Positions 60,054-64,000 of a DNA stretch of 64,000 nucleotides are shown piece by piece; the first letter of the stretch is position 1; each line of letters begins with the position of its first letter. This DNA comes from Candidatus Bathyarchaeota archaeon. GTDB taxonomy: Archaea; Thermoproteota; Bathyarchaeia; Bathyarchaeales; Bathycorpusculaceae. The stretch lies in the NCBI GenBank assembly GCA_963826715.1, contig CAWGYA010000008.1, positions 512,001-576,000 on the forward strand. Direction: 5' to 3'. The position numbers and the translations under genes are program-made. The notes beneath the pieces are model-generated. The model saw nothing but the letters and a program-made list of their open reading frames with translations, had not been told where the DNA came from and did no database searches.

Positions 60054-60233
60054 TTATGGTCCCTGGAAACCACATTTGGGACATCGATAAAGTCTGCCGA
60101 ATTTTCGGCACTTTCCATCGCGTTTGATTTGGATTTCGCCGCAGTTTGGGCACAGGAACTTTGTGGATTCGCTACCTGGCGGGATTGGTTTTCCGCAACT
60201 TGTACACGTGACAAGAGACAGTTTTTCGGACAT
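60054..60233 (-). CDS. Double Zn-ribbon small protein (DUF1610/HVO_2753-like)
   Basis: CTSC...F.CPNCG...R..KCRK....Y.CPKCGF.GP; conserved position upstream of ef1b. Confidence 0.88.
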   Translation of the reverse strand: MSEKLSLVTCTSCGKPIPPGSESTKFLCPNCGEIQIKRDGKCRKFGRLYRCPKCGFQGP

Positions 60234-60284
60234 AACTGACACTTCTTTGCCGAAATATTAACGGGGTTGCTTATAACTGCTATG

Positions 60285-60334
60285 CTCAAAAAAATAGATA
60301 AACGGGTAAAAACCTGTTTAACTGTTTTTTTGAG
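60285..60334. repeat. 50-bp inverted repeat (23-bp stem)
   Basis: CTCAAAAAAATAGATAAACGGGT-AAAA-ACCTGTTTAACTGTTTTTTTGAG: 20 Watson-Crick pairs, 2 G-U and 1 mismatch. Confidence 0.7.
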
Positions 60335-60639
60335 AGACAATATTAAGAAATACACTTACAAATCAAGCAATCGACAGTCATTATTTTTTCAATGATTATT
60401 TGAGAGTTCTGCTAAAAATTTTCATGATCACTTTGTCAATAAACAAAAAATTTAAAAGCTATTCGCCATATCCGAAGTACCCACGTAAGTTTATACACAA
60501 AAGTCGAGATTAAAAAATAGTTTAGCAATTAAAATCACAACTAATAAAAAATTCTTAAAAAACGCTGAATTCAACTTGAATTTTATTTTCATTCGTTAAC
60601 CCAATCTAGATGCAGTATCCCAGCATTTTAAGAGTTCAG

Positions 60640-61071
60640 TTATCGGCTATAGTCTCTGCCTTCAAGTTTGCCATTTGGGGACTTCGCTCCACCTTGAGGA
60701 ATCTGGGGCAGCGGAATCGGAGGTGGAATATTTAGGGTTCGAGAAATGAGAACGGATTCAATGAAAACCACGTTCGATATAGATTGCATGATTATTGGTG
60801 CAGGCGGTTTCTTTTGATCGTAATCTTTGAGAATTTGGTTGATTTCCTCTTTTTCACCCAAAACGTATGCAGTACCTTTGAGACTGAGTTGCGCGATAGA
60901 AGGGTTGTATATTATTGAAAGTATAAAAGGCACTTCGAGAGATTCATCCTGCTTCTTTTCCATGCCCACGATGTTAATGTTGGTGTTGATTTGGATGGGG
61001 GGAATGGGCTTATGAATATCCCAGAAGCGTTCAGCTGAGATGTTTGAAATTGAAACATTTACTCTAAGCAT
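60640..61071 (-). CDS. Hypothetical protein, SecB-like pattern
   Basis: Four beta strands, helices and C-terminal LNIPPPIPLPQI. Confidence 0.6.
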   Translation of the reverse strand: MLRVNVSISNISAERFWDIHKPIPPIQINTNINIVGMEKKQDESLEVPFILSIIYNPSIAQLSLKGTAYVLGEKEEINQILKDYDQKKPPAPIIMQSISNVVFIESVLISRTLNIPPPIPLPQIPQGGAKSPNGKLEGRDYSR

Positions 61072-61115
61072 GATAAGTCAAAAAAGAATAGTGTAGTTGG
61101 GGGATTTAAAACTGC

Positions 61116-61334
61116 TTATTTCTGCTTATAACGCGTAAAACCACAGTGGCCACAAGTATAACGGTCGTGGTGGTCTGCCATAAAGTAGCCAGGACCACAA
61201 CGTTCGCATGTTGGACGCGCACGTGTAACCTTGTTGCCGTCCACTTTATACATTTCATGGACGCCCTTCTCTTCTTTTTTGGAACTTTTTCCCTTCTCAG
61301 CTTTTGCGGGGGCAGCATCAGGCTTCTTGGACAT
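61116..61334 (-). CDS. rps27ae: 30S ribosomal protein S27ae (eS31)
   Basis: CERCGPG.FMADH.DR..CG.CGFT. Confidence 0.95.
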   Translation of the reverse strand: MSKKPDAAPAKAEKGKSSKKEEKGVHEMYKVDGNKVTRARPTCERCGPGYFMADHHDRYTCGHCGFTRYKQK

Positions 61335-61645
61335 TATGCGTTCCCCTCGTCTTTAGCTTTCTCTGGTGGGTTATTTCGTTTGCGTATGTATTCGGGTTCA
61401 ACTATGTTCGCTTGGGCAACGGATTCATAAACATTCGCCACACCTACAGTTATGCTGGTTCCAGTTTTAGTACGCATATGTTTTATGAAAATAACATCAG
61501 TCCCAAGTTTCATTTCCATGGCAACGGATTTCCTGACTTCCAGCCTTGGAGGCGTTTTCTCTTTTGGACCCTGAATAATTGTGAAGCCTACTTCTTTCCG
61601 TTTTAGAAGAGGATTATCCTTGGTTGATTCAATTTTGACTTGCAT
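61334..61645 (-). CDS. rps24e: 30S ribosomal protein S24e
   Basis: NPLLKRKE, TP.R, G.A.VY and EPEYI..RN motifs. Confidence 0.93.
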   Translation of the reverse strand: MQVKIESTKDNPLLKRKEVGFTIIQGPKEKTPPRLEVRKSVAMEMKLGTDVIFIKHMRTKTGTSITVGVANVYESVAQANIVEPEYIRKRNNPPEKAKDEGNA

Positions 61646-61698
61646 TAATCTTCACTTAAGGCGTAAGTTCATACAATGATCAAGCTTATTTAGCTTTT

Positions 61699-62217
61699 CT
61701 AAGCTTTCATCTCTTTTAGGAACTCTTTTACCTGAGCTTTCTTCTCAACCGATGCAAAAACCACCACAATGCCGACACATGGCTGCCCATAAATCACAAA
61801 ACTGTTTTCAGGAGCATACAAAACGGAAGCCAGCGCCAATAAGTCCTCTTCACCATCCACCACAATATGTGTGTGCACATTCGTTTCTAACGCAGCCTTA
61901 ACAGCGGAGAGCGCTTCGTCAGTTATCGTTCCCTGTGGATTTTTTACATAAACCGTTTTCTCTACGGGCGATTCTTTTGGAATAACTTGATTACGTCGAG
62001 AAATGTAATCAATTATACTTAGATGCGGGTGAATATTACCGTCATGAAGGTTCTTAGAAACTACATCACCCACTGACACGATCAAAGGCGGCTTCTCATC
62101 CAAAATCAGTCTTTTAAGTTGGCTCATTGTTTGTTGTCTTGTGCCCTCAATTAAAGTTCCAAACGGTTCTTTAAGAAACACCCGCAAGCGCTCAGTAAGA
62201 AGGAACATGATCTTCAA
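61699..62217 (-). CDS. GTP-dependent dephospho-CoA kinase (DUF359)
   Basis: LK.PFG, VGDVV, NPQG.I, VDGEEDL and YGQP..G motifs. Confidence 0.88.
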   Translation of the reverse strand: MKIMFLLTERLRVFLKEPFGTLIEGTRQQTMSQLKRLILDEKPPLIVSVGDVVSKNLHDGNIHPHLSIIDYISRRNQVIPKESPVEKTVYVKNPQGTITDEALSAVKAALETNVHTHIVVDGEEDLLALASVLYAPENSFVIYGQPCVGIVVVFASVEKKAQVKEFLKEMKA

Positions 62218-62269
62218 TGTTTAAACCTTATAAAATAGAAAGAAACAGCTAAGCTAAGAAGCTATTGCG

Positions 62270-62455
62270 TTAACGAACTTTAAGTGCGTATCTTCCTTTC
62301 TCTTTAATGTTCATTGCCTTAGCAATGCCACTATGCTCGGGGTCAAACATAATCACCAAGCCACTGTAGTCCTCGCTAAAACTTGTAGATTTACATTTTG
62401 GACAAACATTCTCTTTAGTAATGAAATGACAGATAGTACATGCTTTTTCGCTCAT
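62270..62455 (-). CDS. spt4: Transcription elongation factor Spt4 (RpoE'')
   Basis: ACTIC...CPKC...S.IA...G.YALKVR. Confidence 0.93.
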   Translation of the reverse strand: MSEKACTICHFITKENVCPKCKSTSFSEDYSGLVIMFDPEHSGIAKAMNIKEKGRYALKVR

Positions 62456-62467
62456 CCTTCAATTCTC

Positions 62468-63049
62468 CTATGCTGCCTTCTCAGGACTCTCTGGATTCTT
62501 GGCCTCGCCTTCTTGATCCATCTTGAGCCAATCTAGCTTTCCCAGAAAAGGCTGCCTTGCTGTAACACCGATTTTGCCGCTACTGCCTACTCTGCCTAAA
62601 GAAACCGCGGTTATTCGGACACGAACTTGATCTCCCGAACTGAGTTTTCGTTTAGTTTCTTTTCCCAATAGAACACCCTGTTTTTCGTCATAGGATATGT
62701 AATCATCCATAAGTTGCGAAACATGGAGTAAAGCATCGACGGGTCCAATTCGGACAAATGCGCCGAAGTCAGCGATTTCAACTACGTCTCCTTCCACAAC
62801 TTCTTGTATGATAGGATAAAAAGTTAACAGAGAAAAGTTTACTTTATGGTAGGTTGCGCCGTCGCCTGGAATGATTTTACCAATTGGACTAACCTCTATT
62901 CCTGTAACAGCAATAACATAACCTAGTTCTTCATCCACTATACCTTCATACTTATGTTTCACTTGGTCACGACCCACTTTCTCAAGTGGGTTGCCAAATG
63001 TTTCAGGCGGGATGCGAATTGTATCTTGAAGAGTAATCAGTTTGAACAT
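62468..63049 (-). CDS. rpoE1: RNA polymerase subunit Rpo7 (RpoE')
   Basis: RIPP..FG, GDGA, FGAFV.IGP.D.LLH.SQ and RQPFLGK motifs. Confidence 0.95.
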   Translation of the reverse strand: MFKLITLQDTIRIPPETFGNPLEKVGRDQVKHKYEGIVDEELGYVIAVTGIEVSPIGKIIPGDGATYHKVNFSLLTFYPIIQEVVEGDVVEIADFGAFVRIGPVDALLHVSQLMDDYISYDEKQGVLLGKETKRKLSSGDQVRVRITAVSLGRVGSSGKIGVTARQPFLGKLDWLKMDQEGEAKNPESPEKAA

Positions 63050-63484
63050 CTACGATATCAACCCGTCAATGTCAAGACGCGATTTTTGTCTCAGATAAAT
63101 CACTGGCACACTTATATCTCTTAGCCTCTGTCGAAGGTCTCTATCATTCGTAAACACGACTGCACTCCAATTTTTTGCTATTCTCATGATAACATCATCA
63201 GCAGTTTCATCAAAAGTTTCCACAGCCACAAAACTGCATTTTTCAACCAACCGCATCGCAAAACTAGCCTGGCGACGAAGCTTCTGGTCTTTACGACCTG
63301 CAAGCAACTCTAGCTCGCGCTTAATAGGGGAAAGCAGGATGAACTCCACGTTTCTGCCCAATATCCTAAGGGTTTCCTCAAAGATATCCAGTTTAAATTC
63401 TAGGGGTATGAATAACGCATTTGTATCTAAAATGACCTTGAGGGATTTTTTTTTATTCGAAGATGTCACGATGGTCGCGCTCAT
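63050..63484 (-). CDS. PIN-domain protein (Fcf1/Utp24-like)
   Basis: LDTNAL, EL, ADD and TND..LR motifs; upstream of rpoE1. Confidence 0.88.
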   Translation of the reverse strand: MSATIVTSSNKKKSLKVILDTNALFIPLEFKLDIFEETLRILGRNVEFILLSPIKRELELLAGRKDQKLRRQASFAMRLVEKCSFVAVETFDETADDVIMRIAKNWSAVVFTNDRDLRQRLRDISVPVIYLRQKSRLDIDGLIS

Positions 63485-63597
63485 ATTTATGTTGTTTCTG
63501 CACTTTAAGATTTGCCACTTGAGCATTTCAATTCTCTAAGTTACTATTAATTTAAATATGAAGACTTATTGAACTTGGACAGAATAGGTGAGAAGTA

Positions 63598-64000
63598 GTG
63601 CTTCGTGAGAAATCCTGTGGCGCCGTCGTTTATATTAACAATCAAGAGAGAACCAGGTATTTGCTTCTCAACTATGCAGCAAGGCACTGGGACTTCGTGA
63701 AGGGAAATGTAGAGATAAATGAAACCGAACAGCAAACGGTAACTCGGGAGCTACAGGAGGAAACAGGCATAACCGACGCTCTTTTTATCAATGGCTTCCG
63801 AGAATCAATCAACTACTTTTATCGGCGGCAAGGTGCAACTGTAAACAAAGAAGTCATCTTCTTCGTTATGGAATCAAGCATAGATAAAGTTGAAATATCT
63901 TTTGAACATGTAGGCTTCATATGGCTCAACTATGAGCAGGCGATTGAAAAATTAACCTTCAAAAACGCAAGAGACATACTCAAAAAGGCACATGAGTTCC
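63598..64000 (+). CDS. Nudix Ap4A hydrolase-like protein, truncated at the window end (not in ORF track)
   Basis: GTG start after GGTGA; EKSCGAVV, HWDFVKG.VE..E......RELQEETG Nudix box, S.EH..F.W. Confidence 0.88.
   Translation, partial: MLREKSCGAVVYINNQERTRYLLLNYAARHWDFVKGNVEINETEQQTVTRELQEETGITDALFINGFRESINYFYRRQGATVNKEVIFFVMESSIDKVEISFEHVGFIWLNYEQAIEKLTFKNARDILKKAHEF

Noticed and set aside
60038-60355. Long N-terminal extension of aEF-1beta (198-aa ORF)
   Set aside because: It overlaps the real Zn-ribbon gene in another frame; EF-1beta homology starts at 60037.
60335-60639. Replication origin in the AT-rich gap
   Set aside because: No ORB-like repeats and no adjacent cdc6/orc1 gene.

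Overview
Gene-dense archaeal chromosomal segment, most likely Candidatus Bathyarchaeia (TACK). This placement is inferred from archaeal information-processing genes (tfe, aRF1, fen1, cdc48, rpoE1/spt4, S24e, S27ae, aEF-1beta) together with H4MPT C1 genes (ftr, NAD(P)-type mtd), an arcadin-1-like gene and frequent TTG/GTG starts. Most of the window is housekeeping. The main accessory block (about 11-22 kb) is a copper/oxygen/thiol-stress cluster: CopA, a YHS protein with a His/Cys tail, PDO, FprA, rubrerythrin, SOD and a disulfide reductase. Inside it sit a tandem Alba-like protein, a GC-rich Zn/7Fe ferredoxin and a stand-alone PriS-like primase. Non-coding features read directly from the sequence are tRNA-Val(TAC) and a fluoride (crcB) riboswitch with a plausible SD-sequestering hairpin. 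The ORF track misses several small genes: an aCcr1/CdrS-like RHH protein, a C2H2-like mini-protein, a Cys4 basic mini-protein and a 3'-truncated Nudix hydrolase. The best candidates for undescribed biology are the Alba-Alba/ferredoxin/PriS-like module and an HTH + S-layer-like + DxDxDG regulator divergent from glmS with twin A/T palindromes. I found no CRISPR array, transposase, integrase or rRNA. All family calls come from motif recognition by eye, not database searches.
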